Shown here in pieces: positions 31,058 through 40,853 of a DNA stretch of 64,000 nt. The notes under the pieces were generated by a model. It was not told the origin of the DNA and searched no databases. It saw nothing but the letters and a program-made list of their open reading frames with translations. Origin of the DNA: Gemmatimonadales bacterium (GTDB lineage Bacteria > Gemmatimonadota > Gemmatimonadetes > Gemmatimonadales > GWC2-71-9); NCBI GenBank assembly GCA_041615815.1, contig JBFJCP010000001.1:32001-96000 (forward strand), written 5' to 3'. Position 1 is the stretch's first letter. Each line of letters begins with the position of its first letter. A program made the translations under genes and the position numbers.

Positions 31058-32493
31058 ACGGTGACGGTAGCCTCGTCGGTGGCAGCGTAGGGTTTGAGGG
31101 TAGCGAGCAGCGGATCCACGTGCTGCTCCACGAATTCGATCACCTGTTGCGGCGCCCGCCCGACGTACCGGGCAGGATCGAGCTGGGCCTGCATCGCCGC
31201 CGTGTCAACGCCGGCGAAGCCGGGGTCGGCCGCCAAACGAGCCAAGAGATCGTTCGCGGCTCCTTCTGCCATGGCGTCGTTCACCGCCCGGCTGTGCCGG
31301 CGAATGACCTCGTGGAGCGCTTGGCGATCACCACCAGCGGCCACCCCCAACAAGAGCCAACGCTCGGTCGCCATGAAGGGCATCGCCTGGGCCACGTGAT
31401 GGCGGACGGCAGCTGGACGCACCTCGAGTCCCACACTCACGTTCGTACACAAAATCAAGATGGCGTCCGCAGCCAAAAAGGCTTCCGGCATCACGAGCCG
31501 ACGATTGGCGCTGTCGTCGAGCGTCCGTTCGAGCCATTGGGTGGCAGCAGTATAGGCCGTATTGTCGCGCAGTGCCAAGAGATACCGGGCGAGCGCACAA
31601 ACACGTTCGGCGCGTACGGGGTTGCGTTTGTACGGCATCGCGCTGGACCCGACTTGCTCGTCCTCGGTGGGCTCCAGGATTTCCCCTTCGTGTTGCAGGA
31701 GCCGCAGGTCCGTGGCGAACTTGGACGCACTTTGGGCCAGTCCGCTGAGCGTGTCCAGCACTCGGCTGTCGAGCTTGCGGGTGTAGGTCTGGCCCGTCAC
31801 GGGTACCACGGACTCGAAATCGAACGCGGCGGCTACCCGTCGATCCAATGCAATGACTTTGGCATGATCTCCTTCGAAGAGCTCGAGGTAGCTCGCCTGC
31901 GTGCCGGTGGTCCCTTTACATCCGCGGAAGGGAAGGGAGCCGAGTGTCTCGCGCAGCGTTTGGGCGTCGAGCAGAAAGTCGTGCAGCCACAGGGCACCCC
32001 GCTTGCCGACCGTGGTGAGCTGCGCAGGTTGGAAGTGCGTGTAGGCCAACGTCGCCACGTCACGGTGCCGCAGCGCAAAGGTGCGAAGCCCCTGCAGCAC
32101 GGCCACGAGGCGGCCCAGGAGCAAACGCAGCCCCTCGCGGAGCACGACGAGATCCGCGTTGTCCGTCACATAGGCGCTCGTGGCTCCCAGGTGGAGATAG
32201 GGACGCGCTGCCGGGGCCTGGTCTGCGAACGCGTGGATATGGGCCATCACGTCGTGCCGTACCCGCTGCTCGTAGCGACGGACCACGGCGAGGTCCACAT
32301 CATCCAGATGGCGCTCCATCTGCCGAAGCGCCTCCTCGGGAATGTCGAGGCCGAGCCGCCGCTGTTCGGTGGCGAGGGCGAGCCACAGCCGACGCCACAG
32401 TCGGGCGCGATGCTCGGCGCTCCAGAGCCGCAGCATCGCGGGCGAGGCGTATCGGGTGGCCAGCGCTGACTGATACCTCCCGGGGTCGGTCAT
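31054..32493 (-). CDS. purB: Adenylosuccinate lyase
   Basis: RHDVMAH, HLGATS, THFQPAQ, GSSAMPYKRNP. Confidence 0.97.
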   Translation of the reverse strand: MTDPGRYQSALATRYASPAMLRLWSAEHRARLWRRLWLALATEQRRLGLDIPEEALRQMERHLDDVDLAVVRRYEQRVRHDVMAHIHAFADQAPAARPYLHLGATSAYVTDNADLVVLREGLRLLLGRLVAVLQGLRTFALRHRDVATLAYTHFQPAQLTTVGKRGALWLHDFLLDAQTLRETLGSLPFRGCKGTTGTQASYLELFEGDHAKVIALDRRVAAAFDFESVVPVTGQTYTRKLDSRVLDTLSGLAQSASKFATDLRLLQHEGEILEPTEDEQVGSSAMPYKRNPVRAERVCALARYLLALRDNTAYTAATQWLERTLDDSANRRLVMPEAFLAADAILILCTNVSVGLEVRPAAVRHHVAQAMPFMATERWLLLGVAAGGDRQALHEVIRRHSRAVNDAMAEGAANDLLARLAADPGFAGVDTAAMQAQLDPARYVGRAPQQVIEFVEQHVDPLLATLKPYAATDEATVTV

Positions 32494-33908
32494 CGAATGC
32501 GAAAGTCGGTGAACCCGAGGGCAGCGGCACGTTCGAAGTAGACCCGGACGGCGCCACGGCCAGCCGCCGTCCGAAAGGCCTGCCGGGCCTCTTCGGCGGA
32601 CGTGATGGGCTCTCGGTTGATCTGGATGATTACGTCTCCTGAGCGAAGCCCCGTGTTGCGCTGAGTCTCCTCACCCACGTCGTAGATCAGGGCGCCGTGC
32701 TCTCGCCGGACGCCACGCTCCTGGCGGACGGCCGGCGTCAAGGTGACCAGACGAATATCTCCGAGCACCGTGAGTTTTTCGGCGACCGTACTGGGCAGCT
32801 CCTCCACCGTCAGCTGTGCGGGACGGTCCCGTCCATCTCGCTGCACGACGATGCTGAGCTGGTCCCCCGGGCCCACGTCCAACTTCACGGCCTCCCAGTC
32901 CAAGAATGTGCGAATGGGACGGCCTCCCGCGGAGACGAGGACGTCGTCCGGCCGAACACCCGCTCGGGCCGCGGGGCCATCCGGCGCGACCGACGTCACG
33001 GGAACGCCGCCGCGACGCTTCCAGTCGCGCCGATCGTCCATGCCGGCCACCTCCATTCCCACCCACGCGCGGCGCACGATGCCGTACTCCTCCAGCTCGC
33101 GGGCCACGCGGAGGGCGCGCTCCACCGGAATGGCGAATCCGATGCCAATCGAGCCCCCTCCTTGAGAGAAGATCGAGCTATTGACCCCTATCACCTCGCC
33201 GAGCGCGTTGATGAGTGGTCCGCCACTGTTCCCAGGATTGATGGCGGCATCTGTCTGGATCATCTGTACGTACACACGCCCATCGTCACCGGAAGGCAAC
33301 AGATTCCGTCCTACGGCGCTCACGACTCCCGCCGTGACTGATGGTTCGGTATTGCCCAAGAGGTAGCCATAGGGATTCCCGATGGCGACCACCCATTCTC
33401 CAATCATCAAGTCGGTACTGGTCCCAATGGGTGCTGTCGGAAACTCGTGTCCTTCGATTTTGAGCACCGCGATATCGGTGAGCGGATCTTCGCCCAGGAG
33501 TGCGGCCTCGTAGTCCGCCCCATCTCGGGTCGTGACGACGATCCGCTCGGCACCCGTCGTGACGTGTTGATTGGTCAGAATGAGACCGTCGGCAGACACG
33601 ATGAATCCCGATCCCAGTCCCTCGACCAAGCGCTCGTAGCCGCGAGGAATGAAAAAGAGATCCCACGCCGAGCGCGCCGTGCGACGTACCCGCCGCACGA
33701 CGTTGACACTCACGACCGTGGGAGCCACCCGGGCGGCCGCTTCCACAATGGCCGAATGGCGAGAGTTCGTGAGGCTGTCGGAGAGCGACTGCCGACGCTG
33801 GGTGTGCGCCGAGGAGTCCGCGGCCTGGATGGACCGAGCCGCGGCCTGTGGCGCCGCGTCCCCACAGGCGGCACTGACGGCGAGCGCCAGCGCCACAACA
33901 ATGGTCAA
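32490..33908 (-). CDS. HtrA/DegP-family serine protease with two PDZ-like domains, probable lipoprotein
   Basis: [27 protein letters not shown]; lipobox-like SAAC; TTG 33908 start inferred from overlap with the tal stop. Confidence 0.92.
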   Translation of the reverse strand: MTIVVALALAVSAACGDAAPQAAARSIQAADSSAHTQRRQSLSDSLTNSRHSAIVEAAARVAPTVVSVNVVRRVRRTARSAWDLFFIPRGYERLVEGLGSGFIVSADGLILTNQHVTTGAERIVVTTRDGADYEAALLGEDPLTDIAVLKIEGHEFPTAPIGTSTDLMIGEWVVAIGNPYGYLLGNTEPSVTAGVVSAVGRNLLPSGDDGRVYVQMIQTDAAINPGNSGGPLINALGEVIGVNSSIFSQGGGSIGIGFAIPVERALRVARELEEYGIVRRAWVGMEVAGMDDRRDWKRRGGVPVTSVAPDGPAARAGVRPDDVLVSAGGRPIRTFLDWEAVKLDVGPGDQLSIVVQRDGRDRPAQLTVEELPSTVAEKLTVLGDIRLVTLTPAVRQERGVRREHGALIYDVGEETQRNTGLRSGDVIIQINREPITSAEEARQAFRTAAGRGAVRVYFERAAALGFTDFRIR

Positions 33909-34573
33909 GCGCGGACCTTGGACCGCCCCGTCAGCTTGCTCCAATCGTTGAGGAATTGATCCAACCCTCGGTCGGTCAGCGGATGAAGGAGGAGCTTCTT
34001 CAAGGTGCTCGTGGGCATCGTCGCGACATCCGCCCCGATCATCGCCGCCTCGGCCACGTGGCGTGGGTGACGGATCGACGCAGCGAGAATGCGCGTCTCG
34101 ATACCATAATTGTCGTAGATCTGCCGTGTCTCTCGCACCACGTCCATTCCGTCGTGCCCAATGTCGTCCAGCCGGCCCAAAAACGGCGAGATGAACGTGG
34201 CCCCGGCCTTGGCGGCGATCAAACACTGAACGGAACTGAACGCCAGTGTGACGTTCACCTTGATGCCTTCGGAGACGAGTCGACGCACCGCGGCCATCCC
34301 GTCCTCGAGCATGGGAATCTTGATCACGATGTTGTCCGCCAGTTTCGCGAGCTCCCGTCCCTCCTGGTACATCCCTTCGGTATCGATCGCCACCACTTCG
34401 GCACTCACTGGTCCGTGAACGAGCGAACAAATCTCTTTGAGGACGTCGTTGGGTTCGAGATCACCCGCCACTTTGGACAGGAGCGTGGGATTCGTGGTGA
34501 CTCCGTCAATCAAACCCGCCTGAGACGCCCAGCGGATGTCGCTGAGATCAGCGGTGTCGAGAAAGAATTTCAT
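33905..34573 (-). CDS. tal: Transaldolase (FSA/TalC type)
   Basis: [39 protein letters not shown]. Confidence 0.93.
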   Translation of the reverse strand: MKFFLDTADLSDIRWASQAGLIDGVTTNPTLLSKVAGDLEPNDVLKEICSLVHGPVSAEVVAIDTEGMYQEGRELAKLADNIVIKIPMLEDGMAAVRRLVSEGIKVNVTLAFSSVQCLIAAKAGATFISPFLGRLDDIGHDGMDVVRETRQIYDNYGIETRILAASIRHPRHVAEAAMIGADVATMPTSTLKKLLLHPLTDRGLDQFLNDWSKLTGRSKVRA

Positions 34574-35343
34574 TGGTCGATACCCTCGGCAAGTTGGGGG
34601 TAGCGTGCGCCCACAAAATACAGCCCCTGTGGTGGGGCCGGCGGGCTCGCGTCCCGGTTCGAATGGCTCTGAAGCAGGTGCGCAGCGTCTTGCACTGGTC
34701 GACGCCCACGCCCCACATCCACCATGACACCAATCAAAAACCGCACCATTCGGTGCAGGAAGCGATCCGCTTCGATCGTAAAGATAAAACCTTCCCCGTC
34801 CGGCCGCGCCTGCCACTCCGAGACCCCTACGCCACATCGATAGTGCTGTTTGGGCTGCCCCACGGCCGAATACCCTCGGAAGTCGTGTTCCCCCACAAAC
34901 AGGGCGGCGGTTTCGGACAAGGCCTCGGCATCGAGCGGTCCCCCGATCGCCCATTCATAGGGGCGGCGAAACGGGGAGAACGCCGCGGGATCGCACCCCA
35001 CGACATATCGATAGCGGCGAACGAGGGCGTCGCGACGGGCGTGGAACCCCACCGGCGCGTGCCCGAGGCGGGCAATCCAGATGTCGGGCGGGGTGAGCGC
35101 GCGCAACGCCCGAAGCAGACTGCCCAACTCCCACGGTTTGGGAGTCCGGAAGCTGACCACCTGGCCAAGTGCGTGGACCCCCGCGTCGGTGCGGCCGGCC
35201 GCGTTGGTGGCCACCCGCTCGCCAATGAGGCGCTCCAGAACGTTCTCGAACTCGCCCTGGGCCGTGCGATGCGCGGGTTGGCGCTGCCAACCGGCAAAAT
35301 CGCGCCCAAAGTACTGGACGACAGCATAGTAGTGCTCCGACAT
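34570..35343 (-). CDS. truA: tRNA pseudouridine(38-40) synthase
   Basis: [32 protein letters not shown]. Confidence 0.96.
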   Translation of the reverse strand: MSEHYYAVVQYFGRDFAGWQRQPAHRTAQGEFENVLERLIGERVATNAAGRTDAGVHALGQVVSFRTPKPWELGSLLRALRALTPPDIWIARLGHAPVGFHARRDALVRRYRYVVGCDPAAFSPFRRPYEWAIGGPLDAEALSETAALFVGEHDFRGYSAVGQPKQHYRCGVGVSEWQARPDGEGFIFTIEADRFLHRMVRFLIGVMVDVGRGRRPVQDAAHLLQSHSNRDASPPAPPQGLYFVGARYPQLAEGIDQ

Positions 35344-35351
35344 GCGGCGTG

Positions 35352-35380
35352 AAGATAGATGGCCACGGATGTAGCAGCAA
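35352..35380 (-). promoter_or_regulatory. Putative promoter of the truA...ppdK operon
   Basis: TTGCTG-N17-TATCTT, ending 8 nt before the truA ATG. Confidence 0.5.
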
Positions 35381-35401
35381 GCAGCACAAGCACTTGCCGC
35401 A

Positions 35402-35430
35402 TTGACAGCGGCCGACCGTCGCCCGAACCT
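35402..35430 (+). promoter_or_regulatory. Putative trpD promoter
   Basis: TTGACA-N17-GAACCT (weak -10). Confidence 0.4.
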
Positions 35431-35457
35431 TGCAGGCCCAATGAGCCAACACCTACG

Positions 35458-36510
35458 ATGACCGCACCCCTGAGCCCCGCACTGCTCGAAGCGCTGCGCG
35501 CGTTGGCGGACGGCAAATCCCCGGGCGAGCACTGCACCGCGCAGGCATTTGCGGCCGTCATGCGTGGGGAGGCCGTCCCGTCACAAATCGGCGGGCTGCT
35601 CCTGGGCCTTCGCGCCAAGGGGGAAACCGAGGAGGAGGTGCGCGGCATCGTGCGCGCCCTCCGCGACGCCATGATCCGGGTCGCCGTTCCCGATCCGTCG
35701 CGGCTCATCGATACCTGTGGCACCGGTGGGGGCACGATCTCCACGTTCAACATCTCGACGGTGGCGGCGTTTGTCGCCGCGGCGGCGGGCGCCGTCGTGG
35801 CGAAGCACGGGAACCGCTCGTATACGTCGCGCTGCGGATCCGCCGATCTCTTGGAAGCGCTGGGTGTGCGCATCATCGTGGACGCCCAACAGGCAGCGGC
35901 GCTCTTGCGGGACCACCGATTGGCCTTCCTGTTCGCGCCCGCGTTTCATCCAGCGATGCGCTCGGTCACCCCGGTCCGAAGAGAACTTGGTGTCCCCACG
36001 ATCATGAATCTCGTTGGCCCCATGGCCAACCCCGCTGGAGCACGCCGACAAGTGCTGGGGGTCTGGGACGTGTCGCGCGCGCCACTCGTGGCCCGCGTGC
36101 TGGCCCGTCTCGACGCCGAGCACGTCCTGGTGGTGCACGCGCGGATTGGGATGGACGAGATCGCTCCGGTTGGGATCACGGATGCCTGGGAGGTACGGAA
36201 CGGAGCGGTGCGCCAGCTCACGATCGATCCGGCTACGCATGGACTGGTACGTGACGACGTGGGTTTGTTGGCGGGCGGCACACCGACGGACAACGCGCAA
36301 CGGGTGGTGCGCCTCCTGGAAAACCCGCGCTCCGACGAAGACGGGCGTGCGGCGGTGGGCCTCAACGCGGGGGCAGCAATCATGGTCTCCGGCGTCACCG
36401 AGACGATGGAGCGGGGCGTCGAGTTGGCGTTGGAAACGCTCGATACCGGTGCGGGAGCGGAGTGGCTCGAGCGGCTTCGGCACGCAGCGCCGGCTAGTAC
36501 TTCCGAATGA
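35458..36510 (+). CDS. trpD: Anthranilate phosphoribosyltransferase
   Basis: DTCGTGG, FNIST, KHGNRS, GSADLLEALG, HPAM, GMDEI. Confidence 0.96.
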   Translation: MTAPLSPALLEALRALADGKSPGEHCTAQAFAAVMRGEAVPSQIGGLLLGLRAKGETEEEVRGIVRALRDAMIRVAVPDPSRLIDTCGTGGGTISTFNISTVAAFVAAAAGAVVAKHGNRSYTSRCGSADLLEALGVRIIVDAQQAAALLRDHRLAFLFAPAFHPAMRSVTPVRRELGVPTIMNLVGPMANPAGARRQVLGVWDVSRAPLVARVLARLDAEHVLVVHARIGMDEIAPVGITDAWEVRNGAVRQLTIDPATHGLVRDDVGLLAGGTPTDNAQRVVRLLENPRSDEDGRAAVGLNAGAAIMVSGVTETMERGVELALETLDTGAGAEWLERLRHAAPASTSE

Positions 36511-37102
36511 CTCCCACGACGATGCCCTGAATCAGGATGTTGTCTTCGTGAACGCGAAGCGGCGGGACTCGATCGTTCGCCGGTTGTAACCGGATCCACC
36601 CACCCGGTTCGCGAAACAGCCGTTTGACGGTTGCGGATGTCCCGTCCACCAGGGCGATCACCATTTCGCCGTTGTCCGCCGCCTCCCGCCCCTGGACGAC
36701 CACGTAGTCACCGTCCTGAATGTGCTCGTCGATCATCGACTCGCCGCGAACCCGAAGCACGTACGCGTGGCCCCGGCGGGGAAGGAGGTCGTTGGGCACC
36801 GGGATCGTCTCGGGGACCGTGACGGCTTCGATGGGCTCGCCGGCGGCCACTTCGCCGAGTAACGGGAGTTCCGTAGCCCCAGACTGGCCGGGTGGCGGCA
36901 CCAGCTCGATGGACCGACTCTCGTTGTACCCCCGCCGGATATAGCCTTTTCGCTGCAGGTTCGTGAGGTGCTCGTGAACCGTCGCGAGCGAGGCGAAGGA
37001 GAAGTGCTCCGCGATCTCCTCGAACGACGGCGCAAAGCCGTGATCCTGGATGTAGTTTTGGAGGTAGTCCAAAATCTGTTTTTGGCGGCGGGTGAGCGGC
37101 AT
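36494..37102 (-). CDS. lexA: SOS repressor LexA
   Basis: LTRRQKQILD, PSFEEIA, VAAGEP cleavage site, GESM catalytic Ser, TVKR catalytic Lys. Confidence 0.97.
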   Translation of the reverse strand: MPLTRRQKQILDYLQNYIQDHGFAPSFEEIAEHFSFASLATVHEHLTNLQRKGYIRRGYNESRSIELVPPPGQSGATELPLLGEVAAGEPIEAVTVPETIPVPNDLLPRRGHAYVLRVRGESMIDEHIQDGDYVVVQGREAADNGEMVIALVDGTSATVKRLFREPGGWIRLQPANDRVPPLRVHEDNILIQGIVVGVIRKY

Positions 37103-37122
37103 ATCCAGCCCCCGTTCCGTGA

Positions 37123-37171
37123 CCGAAGGTATTCCGAAGCTCAACATACCCGAACACAGCCCGAAACGCAA
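37123..37171 (-). promoter_or_regulatory. lexA promoter (TTGCGT-N17-TATGTT) overlapped by two TTCGG-N6-TTCGG direct repeats, candidate SOS boxes
   Basis: CCGAA on the + strand at 37123, 37134, 37150 and 37161; -35 at 37166-37171, -10 at 37143-37148. Confidence 0.65.
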
Positions 37172-37179
37172 GGAGAGCT

Positions 37180-37971
37180 TTGTCCGCCTCGGTCCTCGAC
37201 GCGCTCCTTGACGCCGCGAATCGGACCGTCCGGGAGTTGCGCTCTCGGCGCGCAGTGATCGAAGCCGCGGCATTGAGCGCTCCCGTCCCGGTATCATGGC
37301 GGGGTGTGCTCGCCCCAGCCACGGTGGCTGTCGTCGCGGAGGTCAAACGCCGATCGCCATCGTCGGGCGCCATTGCCCCGTCGTTGGACGCCGCCGCACA
37401 GGCTCGGGCGTACCAGGCGGGCGGTGCGGGGGCGGTCTCCGTCCTCACGGAACACGAGCATTTTGGCGGCTCTATCAGGGACCTAGAGATCGTGCGATCG
37501 TCGGTCGGCATCCCGATTCTCCGAAAGGACTTCATTATCGACCCTGTCCAAGTGGCGGAGTCGCGAGCGACGGGTGCGAGCGCGGTCCTCCTGATCGTTC
37601 GGGCGCTGGATTCCCTGCAAATGACGGATCTGGCCGCCTGTGCGCGTGATTGGGGGCTCGGACGTTTGATCGAAGTCCACGACGAGCGGGAACTGGAGCT
37701 TGCCTTGCAGCTGGCACCGGAGTCGGTGGGCGTGAATTCTCGTGATTTGGCAACCCTCGAGGTGCATCGGGGAGTTCACGAGCGGGTCATCCCTCTGGTG
37801 CCCTCGGGCATCGCGGTCGTGGCTGAGAGCGGTCTGCGCGATCGCGCAGACGTGGAACGGGTGGCTGGCTGGGGCGCGGACGCGGTCCTGGTCGGGACCG
37901 CGGTGTCGGCCGCCAGCCACCCGGAGTCCGCGGTTCGGGCCCTGACCGGGGTCGAGCGTCATGGCCGCTGA
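37180..37971 (+). CDS. trpC: Indole-3-glycerol phosphate synthase
   Basis: [38 protein letters not shown] start with AAGGAG RBS. Confidence 0.96.
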   Translation: MSASVLDALLDAANRTVRELRSRRAVIEAAALSAPVPVSWRGVLAPATVAVVAEVKRRSPSSGAIAPSLDAAAQARAYQAGGAGAVSVLTEHEHFGGSIRDLEIVRSSVGIPILRKDFIIDPVQVAESRATGASAVLLIVRALDSLQMTDLAACARDWGLGRLIEVHDERELELALQLAPESVGVNSRDLATLEVHRGVHERVIPLVPSGIAVVAESGLRDRADVERVAGWGADAVLVGTAVSAASHPESAVRALTGVERHGR

Positions 37972-39178
37972 CGTGCGCGCGGGCGAGGCGGCGAGCGTGA
38001 CGGCACCGCCCGTCCGGTTTGGCCGTTACGGCGGCCGCTATGTTCCCGAGACGCTGATGCCGGCTCTCGAGGAATTGGCCGCGGCTTACGACCGTCTCGC
38101 CGAGGACGCGGAGTTCCAGGGCGAACTCGCCAACCTCCTTGCCACGTATGCGGGCCGCCCGACGCCGCTTTCGGAGGCTCCGCGTTTGTCCGAGCGGGTG
38201 GGTCGGCGCGTGCTCCTCAAGCGCGAGGATTTGGCGCACACGGGTGCGCACAAGATCAACAACACGCTCGGCCAGGTCTTGCTGGCCCGGCGGATCGGCA
38301 AGCGCCGGATCATCGCCGAGACCGGGGCCGGTCAACACGGGGTCGCGACGGCGACGGCCTGTGCGCGATTGGGGTTGGAGTGTGTGGTGTACATGGGTGC
38401 CGAAGACATGGATCGGCAGCGGCTCAATGTCTTTCGGATGGAGCTGCTCGGGGCCACCGTCGTGCCAGTCACGTCTGGCACGCGCACGCTCAAAGATGCC
38501 ACGAACGAGGCCCTGCGGGATTGGGTCGCCAGCGTCCGCACCACGCACTACGTGATTGGATCCGTGGTGGGACCCGATCCATTTCCCCGCCTTGTGCGGG
38601 ATTTTCAGCGGGTCATCGGCCGCGAGACGCGGGACCAGGTCGTCCAACGTACGGGCCAGTTGCCAGCCGCCGTCATCGCCTGCGTGGGTGGCGGGTCGAA
38701 TGCGCTCGGGATCTTTACTGCGTTCCTGGACGATGCCGGGGTCGTGCTGGTCGGCGTGGAGGCTGCCGGATTCGGAACCGATACTGGCAAGCATGCGGCG
38801 TCGCTGAGCTGCGGACGGCCGGGGATTCTCCACGGTAGCTTGAGTTATCTCTTGCAGGACGCCGATGGGCAGGTGCGTGCGGCCCATTCGATTTCCGCGG
38901 GTCTTGACTACCCCGGCGTGGGTCCCGAACATGCGTACTTGCGTGACTCCGGCCGCGTCCGTTACGAGACAGTGACGGACACCGCAGCTCTGGAGGCGTT
39001 CTACACGCTCGCTCGACTGGAGGGCATTCTACCGGCGCTCGAAAGCGCCCACGCCGTGGCATGGCTTCTGGAGACTCGGACGCTTGAGCGGGCAGAGGGG
39101 GTCGTGGTGGTGAACCTGAGTGGCCGCGGCGACAAAGACGTGGCGCAGATCGCTGCTTTGAGAGGGAAGGCCGGGTGA
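37961..39178 (+). CDS. trpB: Tryptophan synthase beta chain
   Basis: [44 protein letters not shown]. Confidence 0.98.
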   Translation: MAADVRAGEAASVTAPPVRFGRYGGRYVPETLMPALEELAAAYDRLAEDAEFQGELANLLATYAGRPTPLSEAPRLSERVGRRVLLKREDLAHTGAHKINNTLGQVLLARRIGKRRIIAETGAGQHGVATATACARLGLECVVYMGAEDMDRQRLNVFRMELLGATVVPVTSGTRTLKDATNEALRDWVASVRTTHYVIGSVVGPDPFPRLVRDFQRVIGRETRDQVVQRTGQLPAAVIACVGGGSNALGIFTAFLDDAGVVLVGVEAAGFGTDTGKHAASLSCGRPGILHGSLSYLLQDADGQVRAAHSISAGLDYPGVGPEHAYLRDSGRVRYETVTDTAALEAFYTLARLEGILPALESAHAVAWLLETRTLERAEGVVVVNLSGRGDKDVAQIAALRGKAG

Positions 39179-40851
39179 CCGAACCGACCACCGCAGATAC
39201 TGCTCCCGACACGGCGGCCGTCTCGAATCTGCTGCAGGTCTTTTCCAAGGGACTGCGGGCGATCCAGCTCTATCTCCCCAACAATCCCGTCTATCAGAAG
39301 TCGATCGAGAACATCCGCACGTCGTTTCCAGCGGTGTGGGAAGAGTGCGCCGAACTCGAGCTGGAGGTCACCGAGACCGACCTCCGGTGGGAGGACCAGG
39401 TCGTCTACTCGCAGCCCAAGACGGACAGTCTGGCGTGGGTCATGTACAAGGACGGCGTCCGCGTTCTCACCCTGATCCCGGGCGTGGAGGATGAGGAGAT
39501 CGTCCGATTCCTGCACGTGATCAATACCGCCAAGCATCTAGCACCGGAGTCCAACGACGACCTCCTGACGCTGCTGTGGGAAGAGAACTTCGAGACGGTC
39601 AAGTACGATTACGTGGACCTATCCGCGGTTGACGTACACCCCATCACCGAATCGGATGCCAAACCCGAGGCGCTCGCGGAGGACGTGCGCCGCGAGGTGG
39701 AGGAGGAGCCCCCGCCCGATCGACCTCCCGGTCTGGTGGACATCGACGAGTTTGACTCCACGCTCTACTTCTTGGAGCCAAAGGAAATCGATTACTTGAA
39801 GGGCGAGGTGGACCGCGAGTACGCGCAGAATCTCCGCGCCAACGTGCTCGCGATGTTGTTCGACCTCCTCGAGCTCCAGACGTACGCGACCGTTCGTGCC
39901 GAACTCATCTCCATCGTCGAGAACTTCATTCCGTACCTGCTGGCCGCCGGCGATTATCAGTCGGTCGCCTACGTGCTCCGAGAAATCCGCGTCGTCATGC
40001 AGCGGGCGAGGGAGCTGCTGGACGAGCATCGGGGCACGTTGGAGGAACTGCCCGCCAAGATCTCACAACCCGAGTCGTTGTCGCAGCTGCTGCAGTCGCT
40101 GGACGAAGCCCACGTGCATCCGACCGAGGAGGAGCTGGCTGACCTTTTCCGGGAATTGCGGCCGGACGCGTTGGCGACGCTCCTGTCGTGGCTGCCGAAG
40201 CTGACGAATCAACGGGTGCGGGAGCTCCTCTCGCACGCGACGCGGCGGCTGGGAAGTGCGCATCCCGATCTCCTGGCTGCGGCGGTCCGGTCCGACGATG
40301 AGGCCATAGCGCTGGAGGCGATTCGCGTCGTCGGCCACGTGAAGCTCCCGCCCGTCATTCCAGCCCTCGGTGAGGCGCTCGAGCGCGAAATCCCCGCGCT
40401 GCGGCGGGCCGCCGTCACGGCGTTGGCGGCGATCGGGTCGCCGGGAGCCTTGCGTCACCTGGAAGTGGCGGTGGAGGACAACGACCGCGATGTTCGGATC
40501 GGTGCCGTGCGGGCGTTTGCCAACCGCGGCTATCGCGGTGGGTTTGCAAAGATCGAGTCGGTGGTCCTCGGCTCCGGGCTGCGCGACGCGGATCTCACGG
40601 AAAAGACCGCCTTCTTCGAGGCGTACGGCAAACTCGCGGGGCCCGCGGGAATCGGGAGGCTGCAGTCGATGCTGCGTGCCCGGGGGGGATTCATGAAGCG
40701 AAAGGAAGATCCCGAGACTCGCGCGTGCGCGGCGATGGCGCTGGGCAAGATCCGCACGCCCGAGGCCCGGCAGATTCTCGAAGACGCCGCCGAGGACAAA
40801 GACCCGCTGGTCCGTAATGCCGTGAACCGAGCGATGCGGGAGATGGGCTGA
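39175..40851 (+). CDS. HEAT-repeat (PBS-lyase-like) protein with an uncharacterised N-terminal domain
   Basis: C-terminal repeats [48 protein letters not shown]-coupled to trpB. Confidence 0.85.
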   Translation: MTEPTTADTAPDTAAVSNLLQVFSKGLRAIQLYLPNNPVYQKSIENIRTSFPAVWEECAELELEVTETDLRWEDQVVYSQPKTDSLAWVMYKDGVRVLTLIPGVEDEEIVRFLHVINTAKHLAPESNDDLLTLLWEENFETVKYDYVDLSAVDVHPITESDAKPEALAEDVRREVEEEPPPDRPPGLVDIDEFDSTLYFLEPKEIDYLKGEVDREYAQNLRANVLAMLFDLLELQTYATVRAELISIVENFIPYLLAAGDYQSVAYVLREIRVVMQRARELLDEHRGTLEELPAKISQPESLSQLLQSLDEAHVHPTEEELADLFRELRPDALATLLSWLPKLTNQRVRELLSHATRRLGSAHPDLLAAAVRSDDEAIALEAIRVVGHVKLPPVIPALGEALEREIPALRRAAVTALAAIGSPGALRHLEVAVEDNDRDVRIGAVRAFANRGYRGGFAKIESVVLGSGLRDADLTEKTAFFEAYGKLAGPAGIGRLQSMLRARGGFMKRKEDPETRACAAMALGKIRTPEARQILEDAAEDKDPLVRNAVNRAMREMG

Positions 40852-40853
40852 GC

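Noticed and set aside
35344..35457. trp attenuator or leader peptide upstream of trpD
   Set aside because: No Trp-codon leader ORF, T-box or terminator hairpin is visible
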